A DNA stretch of 63,681 nucleotides, the filler included, from Deltaproteobacteria bacterium (GTDB taxonomy: Bacteria > JAUYMQ01): the NCBI GenBank assembly GCA_030698575.1. It is 9 parts of 9 records of this genome, joined end to end, with 100 filler letters (N's around TTAATTAATTAA, not from the genome) between each part and the next. Parts side by side here need not be neighbours in the genome. Positions count along the whole stretch, not along the records: positions 1 to 22,240 come from JAUYMQ010000478.1; 8 more parts are not named here. One strand, given 5' to 3'. Below the pieces are notes generated by a model. The model was not told where the DNA came from, did not search any database, and saw nothing but the letters and a program-made list of their open reading frames with translations. The position numbers and the translations under genes are program-made. This document shows, one piece after another, positions 1-9,172 of this stretch. How positions within the stretch are numbered: position 1 is the stretch's first letter; the number at the start of each line of letters is the position of its first letter.

Positions 1-1
1 C

Positions 2-460
2 CGGGGGGTGAAAGACATCTCCGGCATGATCGACATAAAGACTGTTCTGGACAACAAGGACCAGCTCGATCCGCGGTTCGCAATGCTCCTGGAAATGCCG
101 GGGCCGGAGCCGCAGGCCGTGCTCGAAGCCGAGCTGAAGCGGGTCCTCATCACGATGGCCTTCATCCGGCTGTACGAGAAGTTCGACGTCGTCGTCTCGC
201 CGGTGATGCCCACCACCGCCCCCGTGGGCGATCAGGGACCCGTCGTCGACGGCCAGCAGCAGGAGCTGCTCTACGCCTGCATGAACATGTACGCCTCGGT
301 GCTCACCGGCGATCCCGCCGTGGTCGTCCCCGCAGCCAACGGCGCCGACGGCCTGCCGATTGGCGTGCAGATCATGGCCCGGCGCGGCAACGACACGCTG
401 GCGCTCTCGGCCGCGCTTGCCGTCGAGAAGGCGGTGACTGTGAAGAAGCCTCGGGGGTGA
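2..460 (+). CDS. Amidase signature family protein, C-terminal part (5' truncated by window edge)
   Basis: FDVVVSPVMPTTAP...GDPAVVVP...GLPIGVQIMARRGNDTLAL is the typical amidase C-terminus. Confidence 0.8.
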   Translation, partial: RGVKDISGMIDIKTVLDNKDQLDPRFAMLLEMPGPEPQAVLEAELKRVLITMAFIRLYEKFDVVVSPVMPTTAPVGDQGPVVDGQQQELLYACMNMYASVLTGDPAVVVPAANGADGLPIGVQIMARRGNDTLALSAALAVEKAVTVKKPRG

Positions 461-607
461 GGGGGGAGGAGCGAAGGGATAACCTTCCGGGTCTGGTGGT
501 TGTGGGTAGCATTCGTCCTTGTTAAAAGTCTTAGGGTCCAGCCGGCGACTCACGCCGGGGCGGGCCGTGTCGCTTCCCGCCGGCGATAGACCGTTCGGAA
601 CAACAAC

Positions 608-648
608 TTGAAGCGGGCCCGTCAAAACGGTACTCTGGCTCCAAGCCA
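608..648 (+). promoter_or_regulatory. Putative sigma70 promoter of the TA operon with a small inverted repeat (possible operator)
   Basis: TTGAAG(608-613)-17 nt-TACTCT(631-636), then TGGCT-cca-AGCCA at 636-648. Confidence 0.45.
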
Positions 649-680
649 TCGCAGAAGAAGTGCAAGAATTGGAGGTGAGT

Positions 681-863
681 GTGTCGCAACAGTCGAACAA
701 GCAGAAAATTTTGGAGGCCGTTGAAGGTCTTCCTTCCGATGCAACCATCGAAGACGCAATGGAGAGGTTGTACTTCTTGGCAAAGATTCAGCGCGGTCTC
801 GATCAGGCCGATGCCGGGGATACGATCTCCCACGAGGAGGCCAAGGAACGTCTCCTCAAGTGA
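681..863 (+). CDS. Type II antitoxin (partner of RelE/ParE-type toxin), 60 aa
   Basis: GGAGG at 671-675, GTG at 681; LPSDATIEDAMERLYFLAKIQRGLDQADAGDTISHEEAKERL; GTGA overlap with toxin start. Confidence 0.75.
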   Translation: MSQQSNKQKILEAVEGLPSDATIEDAMERLYFLAKIQRGLDQADAGDTISHEEAKERLLK

Positions 864-1149
864 AGCGGGTCATAATATATGGACCCGCCAGGCGGTTGAG
901 GACGTTGAGGCCATCAAGGCGTACGTGGCCCGCGATTCGGAACACTACGCCACCTTCTTGCCCGATCGCCTGGTTGCCGCGATCGAACGCCTCGAACGGT
1001 TTCCCCAGTCCGGCCGGATCGTTCCAGAAGTCGGCGACGAATCCCTACGCGAAGTCATCCACGAAAACTATCGCCTGGTGTACCGAGTTCGTGCCGATTC
1101 TGTCGAAGTCGTCACCGTCTACCACGGCACGCGGTTGCTCCGGTTGTAA
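860..1149 (+). pseudogene. RelE/ParE family toxin, frameshifted about 6 codons after the start
   Basis: GTG at 860 reads MKRVII; the toxin body WTRQAVEDVEAIKAYVARDS...FPQSGRIVPE...LREVIHENYRLVY...VYHG is in another frame from TGG at 880; shift lies in CATAATATATGG. Confidence 0.7.
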
Positions 1150-1230
1150 GCGCATCGACAAGTTCGTCAACCGGACCCGAATCGTCGTGAGCGCCTGGGA
1201 ACCAATGGCAATCATTCGTCCAGCATTCCC

Positions 1231-2052
1231 TCACGCGAACCCCGGCGCCACCTCCTCGGCGTAGCAACGCAGCCGATCCTCGAACTCCGCCGCATCGCGA
1301 TAACGCCCGAAGGCCACGACGACATCATCGACGCCCAGCTCCCTCAGTTCGCCCAGGCGATCCACGGCGGGACCGACGTCTCCGTCGAATGGTGCGTAGA
1401 GCGCCAGGCTGGGAACAGGGCGGCCCCAGCGGGCCGCCTCGGCCTGGAGTATTTCGCTTCGCTCACGCACATCCACGTCGCGAATGGCAATGGGGTGATA
1501 GGCGTCGCCATAACGCGCCGCCCGCCCCACGGCCGCCTCTCCCCGGCCACCGATCCAGATCGGCGGCCGCTCCGGGCGCGGTGAGAAGATCACCTTCTGG
1601 CCATTCGACTCGATCACGTCGTTCGCGAAGGCCTGGTGCAGCGTTTCGAGCAACGCATCCGTGAGAGCGCCCCGGCGCGTGCGCGGCACCCCCAGCGCGC
1701 GGAACTCCGCGTCCATCCACCCCACCCCGACGCCCAGGATGAGCCGCCCGCCCGACAGTTCCTGAATGGTGGCCACCTGCTTGGCGGTGAGGAGCGCGGG
1801 GCGGTAGGGCGCGATGAGGACGGAGATGCCGAGCTTGATCCGCGAAGTGGCTCCCGCGAGCCAGGCCAGAGTGGAGAGGGTTTCGAGATAGCGGCCGCCG
1901 CTCCCCTCAGCCTCCTCCGGAGGAATGAAGAGATGATCCACGACGAAGGCGCCCTCGAAAATCGGCGACACCTCCACCGCCTGCGCGCAGGCGCGGAGCG
2001 TCTCAGGCGTCGCAGAATGGCCCATGTTCCGAAGAGAGACGTGGAAGCGCAT
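1231..2052 (-). CDS. LLM-class flavin/F420-dependent oxidoreductase
   Basis: VVDHLFIP, LAWLAGATSRIKLG, LSGGRLILGVGVGW...EF, PPIWIGG. Confidence 0.85.
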   Translation of the reverse strand: MRFHVSLRNMGHSATPETLRACAQAVEVSPIFEGAFVVDHLFIPPEEAEGSGGRYLETLSTLAWLAGATSRIKLGISVLIAPYRPALLTAKQVATIQELSGGRLILGVGVGWMDAEFRALGVPRTRRGALTDALLETLHQAFANDVIESNGQKVIFSPRPERPPIWIGGRGEAAVGRAARYGDAYHPIAIRDVDVRERSEILQAEAARWGRPVPSLALYAPFDGDVGPAVDRLGELRELGVDDVVVAFGRYRDAAEFEDRLRCYAEEVAPGFA

Positions 2053-2082
2053 GGTTCGTCCTTCCGGTGGGATTTCACCCTC

Positions 2083-2577
2083 TCAGTGGAGCCGCTTTTC
2101 CAGCTCGGTCAGCGCCTGGCGGGCAGGCAGGTAGCCGGGGTTGACCTCGAGCGCGCGGCGCAACTCTTCCGCGGCGCGCCGGAGCTGTCCCTTTTTCACG
2201 AAGATGCGGCTCAGGTTGAAGTGAGGGAAGCAGGGGCTCTCGTACCGCTTGGCGCGCGTGGCGCGCTCGAGGTAAGGGATCGCCTCGTCCTGCCTGTCCT
2301 GCTCAATCAGGTAGGCGCCGATATCGTTCCACGGATTCCCGAACTCGGGGTCGATCTCGATCGCCCGCCGGCACTCCGCGATGGCCTCGTCGAACCGTCC
2401 CTCGAAGCTGTAGGCCCAGCCGAGGAAGGTATGCGCCTCGGCGGTCGGACACGCCGCGATCGAGGCCTGATACAGCTCGATGGCGCCGACGACATCGGCT
2501 TGCATCTGCAGCTGGTAGGCCTGCCGGAACAGCTCGACCGCCTGCTCGAGAATCTTCCTGGACGATTCGCCCTTCAT
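2083..2577 (-). CDS. Tetratricopeptide repeat protein (164 aa)
   Basis: AEAHTFLGWAY...AIAECRRAIEIDPEFGNPWNDIGAYL repeats; ATG at 2577 (the longer 468-aa ORF overlaps other genes). Confidence 0.8.
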   Translation of the reverse strand: MKGESSRKILEQAVELFRQAYQLQMQADVVGAIELYQASIAACPTAEAHTFLGWAYSFEGRFDEAIAECRRAIEIDPEFGNPWNDIGAYLIEQDRQDEAIPYLERATRAKRYESPCFPHFNLSRIFVKKGQLRRAAEELRRALEVNPGYLPARQALTELEKRLH

Positions 2578-2715
2578 GCATCCCCCGGCGTGTGGCCCCT
2601 GCGTCCCCTTCAGTAAACAGTCGCCCCGCGGGCCTGTCAAACGCCGCTTCTCCCGTTGACCGTCGCGGCGTGGTGCTGATAAGTTCGCGCCGTGATTCAG
2701 GAACAGGAGACGGGC

Positions 2716-3096
2716 ATGATCAAGCTTCGGGAGATGGATCATTTCGGCATCGAGGTGACCGACCTCGCGCGCGCCCGCAACTTCTACTGCGACGTGCTCG
2801 GCATGCGATTCCTCCAGGATCTCGGCCGCGACGGGATGCTTCTGCGATGCGGTGATCATAACGTCGCGTTGCACCTGAACCCCGAACTGCCCCCCGCCCC
2901 ACCCGACCGCATCGCGAACCCTCTCGGAAAGGCCCATCACGCCTTCAAGGTTTCGCCCGAGGACTTCGCGGCCGCCTGCGCCGGACTCGCCGCCCTGAAG
3001 GTCCCCATGCACGACCCCGTGAACTGGGGAGATCACGACTGCCTCTATTTTCTCGATCCCGACGGAAACCTGCTCGAGCTCATCAATCACCGTTGA
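2716..3096 (+). CDS. VOC/glyoxalase family protein
   Basis: DHFGIEVTDLARARNFY...HHAF...LYFLDPDGNLLEL; AGGAGA RBS before ATG 2716. Confidence 0.85.
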   Translation: MIKLREMDHFGIEVTDLARARNFYCDVLGMRFLQDLGRDGMLLRCGDHNVALHLNPELPPAPPDRIANPLGKAHHAFKVSPEDFAAACAGLAALKVPMHDPVNWGDHDCLYFLDPDGNLLELINHR

Positions 3097-3173
3097 CGCG
3101 CGTATGAGTGCAACGGCGTCGGCACGCCTCGGCAGCAAGCGAGTGCGGAACGGATACCGGAGATATAGCGGGA

Positions 3174-3662
3174 TCAAAAGAAGGTGAGGAGGGCACCAGC
3201 CGCGCACAGGACGGCGAGGCTCTGAAGGCCCATCACCATGCCGTGGAGCCTGCGGAAGCGGCGCCGGCGCGGATCGGCGGGGTCGCCATCGAAGTCGAGT
3301 CCGGCGGAGTGCAGTTCCTCCCGCGCCGCCATGATGCGGGGTCCGACGCCGTGCGTGGCCAGGATCTCGAGCACGCAGGCGGCTGCGACGAGGGTGAAGC
3401 GCACGGCGATCCAGTCGTTCCAGGCTTCCCAGCGCGCGTAGCGGAACCAGGTTCCGAGGATCAGCACGGCCATGCAGCCGAGCTTCCACTTCGCGAAGGC
3501 GCCCACCATGCCGCCCACGATCTCGCCGGCCTGCGTCCGCGAAGGCGCGGCGCCAAACACACGCGGCGCCGCGAGCGCGCCGAAAAATACGGCGCCGCCG
3601 ATCCAGAGCGCGAGCGACATGTGAACGGCAAATGAGACCAGCACGAAGAGGGCGTCAGGCAC
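3174..3662 (-). CDS. DUF4149/TMEM205-like membrane protein
   Basis: LWIGGAVFFGALAAPRVF...FRRLHG motifs, about 4 hydrophobic helices; GTG 3662 overlaps upstream stop. Confidence 0.7.
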   Translation of the reverse strand: MPDALFVLVSFAVHMSLALWIGGAVFFGALAAPRVFGAAPSRTQAGEIVGGMVGAFAKWKLGCMAVLILGTWFRYARWEAWNDWIAVRFTLVAAACVLEILATHGVGPRIMAAREELHSAGLDFDGDPADPRRRRFRRLHGMVMGLQSLAVLCAAGALLTFF

Positions 3663-4041
3663 GGGTGCGCTTCTCACGGATGTAGAGCTTCCAGGCGGTG
3701 TCGCCGATCCCGTCGTCTTCGAGGCAACTGTAGTCACGGCACATGTAGGGTCGCTTCGCATAGATGCCGCAGCGGTAGGCGCCGTCGCGGCATTGGAGCT
3801 TGGAGCAGGGAGTGGGAACGGTGGCCGTCAGCGAAACGCCCTTCGCACCCCGGACAATCTCCGTTCGCCCGCCGTGAAGCGCAATCCACTCGACGAAGGA
3901 GCGGTCCATGCGGGTGCGCCGATCGATCGGGATGCCATCGAGAATCATCACCTGACAGCACTTCCCGCAACCAGCGCACAGGTCCCCGCGGATGGCTTCG
4001 GGGATCTCGTCGAGCCGGTAGGGCGCTTCGCGCGCCGTGAC
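3655..4041 (-). CDS. YkgJ family cysteine-cluster protein (start uncertain)
   Basis: In-frame CAGCGKCC (3955-3978) upstream of the first GTG, plus PCSKL...CGIYAKRPYMCRDYSC. Confidence 0.7.
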   Translation of the reverse strand, partial: VTAREAPYRLDEIPEAIRGDLCAGCGKCCQVMILDGIPIDRRTRMDRSFVEWIALHGGRTEIVRGAKGVSLTATVPTPCSKLQCRDGAYRCGIYAKRPYMCRDYSCLEDDGIGDTAWKLYIREKRTRA

Positions 4042-4045
4042 GCCT

Positions 4046-4834
4046 CTACCCGAGCGAATCGAGCACCTCGTGGAGGGGGCGGCAAATGCAGGTGAAGATG
4101 GGCGTGTCGCGAAGCGTATAGCGGCTCGACTCGGTTTCCCGGAGCGCCATGACCAGGTCGAGGAAGTCCTGGGGCTCGTCGGTCTCGAAAGCCACCACCC
4201 ACTCCTGATCGTCCAGCCCGAAGGAATAGGTCGTGTTGAGCTTCACCGAGGGGAATTTGTGCCCCACTTCGATATGCTCGTTCATGATCCCCTGCCGCGC
4301 CTGGGGTGACAGCAGGAACCAGTCCCGCGTCTTCACGAACGGATAGACAAAGAGATACTTCGACTGCCCGGGCACGATATAGAGCCGGTTCCCCTCCTGG
4401 CCCTCGTGGTCGTGCTTGTCGACATAGATGGACCGCTTCGTGATCGAGAGGTAGCTGTAGGGCTGGGTCAGGTGCTTGCCGAGGCCCGTGCGGCGCAGCT
4501 CGGTGGTCATGGCCTGGAAGCTCTCGAGATCGTAGCCGATGCGCCAGAGCATGAGGTCGGCTTCGGCGCGGATGCCCACCAGCGAGTAGGGAACGATGAG
4601 AAGATCCTGTGCCCGCCGCTCCACGACCTCCGCGAACTCCTTCCTCCCGATCTCCCGCTCGGAGTCGGAGAGGCGGTGCCAGGCGGGATCGACCTTGTAG
4701 AAGGAAAAGTTCACGAACTGCTTGCGCACGCCGAGCCCTTCACCCTTCGGCGCGGTGCGCCCGTGGATGGCGCCCGGCCCCGCCGAGCCTCCGTAGCTCG
4801 CACCCTCTGGCTGCTTCTTCCCGGTTTCGGACAT
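4046..4834 (-). CDS. Chlorite dismutase-family heme protein, probably coproheme decarboxylase (ChdC/HemQ-like)
   Basis: YLFVYPFVKTRDWFLL, MNEHIEVG (proximal His), TTYSFGLDDQEWVVAFE. Confidence 0.8.
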   Translation of the reverse strand: MSETGKKQPEGASYGGSAGPGAIHGRTAPKGEGLGVRKQFVNFSFYKVDPAWHRLSDSEREIGRKEFAEVVERRAQDLLIVPYSLVGIRAEADLMLWRIGYDLESFQAMTTELRRTGLGKHLTQPYSYLSITKRSIYVDKHDHEGQEGNRLYIVPGQSKYLFVYPFVKTRDWFLLSPQARQGIMNEHIEVGHKFPSVKLNTTYSFGLDDQEWVVAFETDEPQDFLDLVMALRETESSRYTLRDTPIFTCICRPLHEVLDSLG

Positions 4835-4867
4835 TTTGCTACCCCCGAGGTATTGGATCTTGAGGTC

Positions 4868-5173
4868 TCAGGTCTTGAGCTTTCTTCCCAGCGCGCGTTC
4901 CACGCCCTCGACCTTGGCGGAGAGGGCGCCGCTCTTCCCCTTGCGGTGATCGAGCTTCATGGTGACGGAAATGCGATCGCAATCCCGCTCAAGATCTTCG
5001 AGGCAGCGCTTCACGACACCCATCACCTCGTCCCAGCTCCCCTCCAGCACCGTGCCCATCGGGTTCAGCCTGTAGGAAACGCCGCTCCGATCGACGATAT
5101 CAAGCGCGCGGGCGACGAAAGCGCCGACGCTCGGCCCCTTGTCCATGGGGGAGATACTGAACTCCAGCAGCAC
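4868..5173 (-). CDS. MTH1187/DUF77 family thiamine-binding protein
   Basis: EFSISPM...SGVSYRLNPMGTVLEGSWDEVM...KLDHR. Confidence 0.85.
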   Translation of the reverse strand: MLLEFSISPMDKGPSVGAFVARALDIVDRSGVSYRLNPMGTVLEGSWDEVMGVVKRCLEDLERDCDRISVTMKLDHRKGKSGALSAKVEGVERALGRKLKT

Positions 5174-5181
5174 GGCCCCTC

Positions 5182-6141
5182 CTAGATGTCAAAGCCGCGC
5201 GCGCGGGCAAGCTGGTCGACGGAGGGGGAGAACTTGAACGCCCGGAGCTCCGTCTGGGCGCGCTCGCCGGACAGCACCCGGCCGCCCATCACCACCAGGG
5301 TGACGAGATCGAGCGGCGTGCGATCGAAGGCGCGATTTAGAATGTCGACGCTCCTGGGCGGCGCGCTCCAGACCTCTTTGCCCGGGCGCGCGAGCTGCAG
5401 GGATTTCTCCTGGATGGCCAGAGGGAGCCGCGCCGCGTGGGTGCTCACCACGTGGAAGGGGACACCCGTCGCCTTGGCCGCCATCGCCAGGAGCCAGGTG
5501 CCAGCCTTGTTCGCCACGCCCCCCTCGGATATCGAGTCGCTCCCGACAAGCACCGCTTCGGCCCTTCCCTCGACGAGGACGGCGCCGGCGACGGCATCGG
5601 GGATGAAGGTGACCCCGATCCCGGCCCGTGCCAAGGCGCGAGCCATCTCGCGCCCCTCGAACATCGGGCGTGACTCGGTGCAGATGACCTCGATTGGCGA
5701 GCGGCGGTGCCGCGCGAGAAGGGTCTGCCGGACCGTCTGACTCACCGAGTGAGTGAGAATCTTCTTCGAGCGGCCCAGAAGCTCGCTCGCCGTATCGGCG
5801 GTCGAGCTGAGATCATCCTGGAGTCCGCGTATGAAGCTCCGGGCGCCCTCCCGCACCAGCGAGCGCGCCATGGTGCCGGTGGCGGGCCAGGGATTGATGC
5901 CCAGAACCGCGTCGGTCAGGTTCCAGAGGGCCGCAATGACGGGATGTCCGTCGAGGAGGATCGTGCATGCTTTCTCGAGCTTGCGCTTATGCATGACGCC
6001 GCCTTCCTCGTCGGCCGGCATATGTGCAAGAATGCGCGCTGCGCTCAGCGCGATGCTGGTGGCGCCGCTCCGGTGGTCCTTGGCGAACTTCCGGACTTCA
6101 TTCTCGAACTTGGCGAAGCTGACCTTCGTCTTGCGAGCCAT
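5182..6141 (-). CDS. eIF-2B alpha/beta/delta-like (IF-2B family) sugar-phosphate isomerase homolog
   Basis: DHRSGA, ILTHSVS, ESRPMFEG, VLVGSD, NKAGT, FDRTPLDLV. Confidence 0.8.
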   Translation of the reverse strand: MARKTKVSFAKFENEVRKFAKDHRSGATSIALSAARILAHMPADEEGGVMHKRKLEKACTILLDGHPVIAALWNLTDAVLGINPWPATGTMARSLVREGARSFIRGLQDDLSSTADTASELLGRSKKILTHSVSQTVRQTLLARHRRSPIEVICTESRPMFEGREMARALARAGIGVTFIPDAVAGAVLVEGRAEAVLVGSDSISEGGVANKAGTWLLAMAAKATGVPFHVVSTHAARLPLAIQEKSLQLARPGKEVWSAPPRSVDILNRAFDRTPLDLVTLVVMGGRVLSGERAQTELRAFKFSPSVDQLARARGFDI

Positions 6142-6212
6142 CTCCGGCGATTCCCCCTGACGCATCCCTGAGCCGCGTGTTACGGCAGGGCGAGGCGCCC
6201 GAAGGCGCGATT

Positions 6213-6836
6213 ATGAAATCCTCGACCCATGGAACGGACGTTTACCTGATAACGATCGGTCGCGAGATCCTCACCGGCCGCACACTCGACACGAATGCCC
6301 ACTGGCTCGCCGGCCAGCTGACCCGCCTCGGTGCGCGGGTCCGGCAACTCGCCTGCGTGGACGACCGGATCGACGACATCGCAGCCGAGATAGGCGCCGC
6401 CCGGAAGATCGGATCGCGCGCGATCATAACGACCGGCGGACTCGGCCCCACCCACGACGACGTCACGCTCGAGGCCGTAGCCAGGGCTGCGGGACGGCGC
6501 CTCCGCCTGCACCCGACCGCCCGCCGCATGCTCGCCGAGCGCTACCGGGCGCTCCACCGGGCGGGGAAGATCTCCGAGGCCCGTCTCGGCCCCGCTCGCC
6601 TCAAAATGGCCCGCCTGCCGGTGGGCGCCACCCCTCTCGCAAACAGTGTGGGAAGCGCGCCCGGGGTCCTGGTGGATCTTGAGGGGCTCCCGATCTTCTT
6701 GCTTCCAGGGGTTCCCGCCGAGATGAAGGCCATTTTTACCGCCGAGGTCGCGCCGCGCATCGTCAGGATCTTCGGCGCAACCGGCGCCTCCCCCGCACGA
6801 GCCCCCGCGCGCGCCGGGGATCAGTTCAACATGTGA
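6213..6836 (+). CDS. Stand-alone COG1058 / CinA N-terminal (MoCF-like) domain protein
   Basis: IGREILTGRTLDTNAHWL, TTGGLGPTHDDVT, GSAPG, LPGVPAEM; no PncC domain. Confidence 0.85.
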   Translation: MKSSTHGTDVYLITIGREILTGRTLDTNAHWLAGQLTRLGARVRQLACVDDRIDDIAAEIGAARKIGSRAIITTGGLGPTHDDVTLEAVARAAGRRLRLHPTARRMLAERYRALHRAGKISEARLGPARLKMARLPVGATPLANSVGSAPGVLVDLEGLPIFLLPGVPAEMKAIFTAEVAPRIVRIFGATGASPARAPARAGDQFNM

Positions 6837-7663
6837 CCGAGCCCCGAGAGGCGCTCCACGTGCTTGCGGATGGTTCGCCCGTCTTCCGCATCGGGCTTTC
6901 GCTCGAGATAGGCGGAAAGATCGACGAGAGCGCTCTGAAAACACTCCAGGCGGAAATACAGGAGCCCCCTGTCTCTCCGCTCGCAATGCGCATCGGGATC
7001 CAGGAGGAGGATTCGATCGGTCGCGGCCAGCGCCTTCTCATAATCTTCCATCGAGATGTAAACGCCCTTGAGATTGTAGAGCATGCGGACGAGCACCTGT
7101 CGCTTCTTGACCGGCTCGAGAAACTCGTCGCGGAAAACGAGCGAGTCGCCGTACATGTGGTCGACCCGATCCCTGCAATCGTCCTCACTGAGGAAACTCC
7201 CGGCGTTGAATGCGTCAATGTAGAAGGTAGAACCGTTGGCGCTGTGCCGGAGCATGAAGTGTCCCGGCAGCCCGACGCCCTCGACGGGGAAGCCGACGCG
7301 GCGGGCCACCTCCATGTAAAGCGTGCTGAGTGTGATCGGGATGCCGAGGCGGCGGTCGAGTACATCGTTGAGGAAGGAGTTCCGGAGGTCGTAGTAGGCG
7401 GCGCGATTGCCTGAGAATCCGAGTTCGCCGAAGAGATAGGCGTTAATGGCCTGGGCGGTGCGTGCGGGTTCACCGCCCCGCGGAAGGCGCGCCTGGAGTG
7501 AGCGGGCCATCTTATCCAGGCGTTTCACGTAGCAGGCGATATCCAGCCGGGGATACTCCTCGCAGGCGATGAGGAGCGCTGCCTCGGCGAGATTGATCTC
7601 ATCGTCGGGGCAATTGATCAACTCACCCAGACGCCGCCTGGCCTCGACGGCCAACGGTTCCAT
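6821..7663 (-). CDS. SirB1/YchA family transglutaminase-like TPR protein
   Basis: GFSGNRAAYYDLRNSFLNDVLDRRLGIPITL, GVGLPGHF, RMLYNLK, ERRDRGLLY. Confidence 0.9.
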   Translation of the reverse strand: MEPLAVEARRRLGELINCPDDEINLAEAALLIACEEYPRLDIACYVKRLDKMARSLQARLPRGGEPARTAQAINAYLFGELGFSGNRAAYYDLRNSFLNDVLDRRLGIPITLSTLYMEVARRVGFPVEGVGLPGHFMLRHSANGSTFYIDAFNAGSFLSEDDCRDRVDHMYGDSLVFRDEFLEPVKKRQVLVRMLYNLKGVYISMEDYEKALAATDRILLLDPDAHCERRDRGLLYFRLECFQSALVDLSAYLERKPDAEDGRTIRKHVERLSGLGHMLN

Positions 7664-7888
7664 GCAACCCCCTGAACACCCTCGACCGGCCTCGCTCCGG
7701 CGTAGCCGCCCTTCCGCCCCCGGCAGGATCACAGAGCCAATTACCGACGCTCGCTTGCTCAAGCATTCGAGTCGCCGAGTCGCCCTGTTCGAGGGGTGAG
7801 TTTCAGTATAGTCCCCGCACCTCGGGGCCGCAACGAAAGCGCCCCCTTTTCCTCATGCCGGCGAAGGCCCTCCGCGGCCTCCTGTTGC

Positions 7889-7918
7889 TTGACGCTTCAA
7901 GGGGGGCCTGACTATGAT
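7889..7918 (+). promoter_or_regulatory. Putative sigma70 promoter of cysK
   Basis: TTGACG-18 nt-TATGAT. Confidence 0.45.
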
Positions 7919-8025
7919 GCCCATGACTATCCCGCAATCGTACATGCTTCGGGCACAAGCCCGGCGGGGGCGGCGCGTCCCTGCGCAGTTCCCCGTCGGC
8001 GCCGCGAGGAGCAGGAGGAGAGAGA

Positions 8026-8961
8026 ATGGCCCGTATCTTCGAGGACATCACAGAGACCATCGGGAACACGCCGCTCGTGCGCGTGAACAAACTGTTTCCG
8101 GGAACGAAGAGCGACATCCTGGTGAAGCTTGAAAGCTTCAACCCCCTCTCGAGCGTGAAGGACCGGATCGGCCTTTCCATGATCGAAGCTGCGCGGAAGG
8201 CAAATAAGATCGACGCCGAGACGGAGATCATCGAGCCCACGAGCGGGAACACGGGCATCGCGCTTGCGTTCGTCTGCGCAGCCTGGGGCTACAAGCTGAC
8301 ACTGACCATGCCGGAGAGCATGAGCCTTGAGCGCCGCAAGATCCTGCGGGCGCTCGGCGCAAATCTCGTCCTGACACCCGCCCCCGACGGGATGCCCGGG
8401 GCCGTCAAGAAGGCCCAGGAGCTGGCCGAGGCCAACCCGAAGAGCTTCATCCCCCAGCAGTTCCAGAACCCGGCCAATCCGGAGATCCACCGCAAGACGA
8501 CGGCGGAGGAGATCTGGAAGGACACCGACGGCAAGGCTGATATTCTTGTCTCCGGCATCGGGACCGGCGGGACCATCACCGGCATCGGCGAGGCCCTGAA
8601 AGCGCGAAAGCCCGCATTCCGCTGCGTCGCCGTCGAGCCGTCGGCGTCGCCCGTTCTCTCCGGCGGCAAGCCGGGCCCCCACAAGATCCAGGGGATCGGC
8701 GCCGGCTTCATTCCCGACGTGCTGAACACCAAGGTCATCGACGAGATCATCCAGGTCTCGAACGAGGACTCATTCGAATGGGCACGCAGGGCCGCGCAGG
8801 AGGCGGGGCTGCTTGTCGGCATCTCCAGCGGGGCCGCGCTGAAAGCCGCAGACATTCTGCAGTCCAAGCCGGAATCGGCCGGGAAAACCATCGTGGTCAT
8901 CATTCCCTCGTCGGGTGAGCGCTACCTCTCCACAGAGCTCTTCAAAGACCTGGACGTCTGA
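8026..8961 (+). CDS. cysK: Cysteine synthase A
   Basis: [53 protein letters not shown]; strong RBS. Confidence 0.95.
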   Translation: MARIFEDITETIGNTPLVRVNKLFPGTKSDILVKLESFNPLSSVKDRIGLSMIEAARKANKIDAETEIIEPTSGNTGIALAFVCAAWGYKLTLTMPESMSLERRKILRALGANLVLTPAPDGMPGAVKKAQELAEANPKSFIPQQFQNPANPEIHRKTTAEEIWKDTDGKADILVSGIGTGGTITGIGEALKARKPAFRCVAVEPSASPVLSGGKPGPHKIQGIGAGFIPDVLNTKVIDEIIQVSNEDSFEWARRAAQEAGLLVGISSGAALKAADILQSKPESAGKTIVVIIPSSGERYLSTELFKDLDV

Positions 8962-9020
8962 GCCGCCGGCCGGTCCCGGCGCGCTCCGGCCTGCGAGGGC
9001 AGTTTGCCCCCACAACCGTG

Positions 9021-9046
9021 AAGGCCACCCCGCGGGGTGGCCTTTT
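9021..9046 (+). terminator. Intrinsic terminator after cysK
   Basis: AAGGCCACCCC-GC-GGGGTGGCCTT followed by TT. Confidence 0.7.
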
Positions 9047-9172
9047 CGCCTTCCGGTGGCCGAAAACCCTGTCAAGCTCCGCTTCGATCCCGACGATAAG
9101 TGACGGGCAAGTATGCAGTTGCTCACCCCGGCCCTGCGCCCGGCCGGAGTTCTCCCGGAGGATCGATTACCG

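Noticed and set aside
7921-7946. Weak inverted repeat upstream of cysK as an Rrf2/CymR operator
   Set aside because: Symmetry too imperfect to support a call
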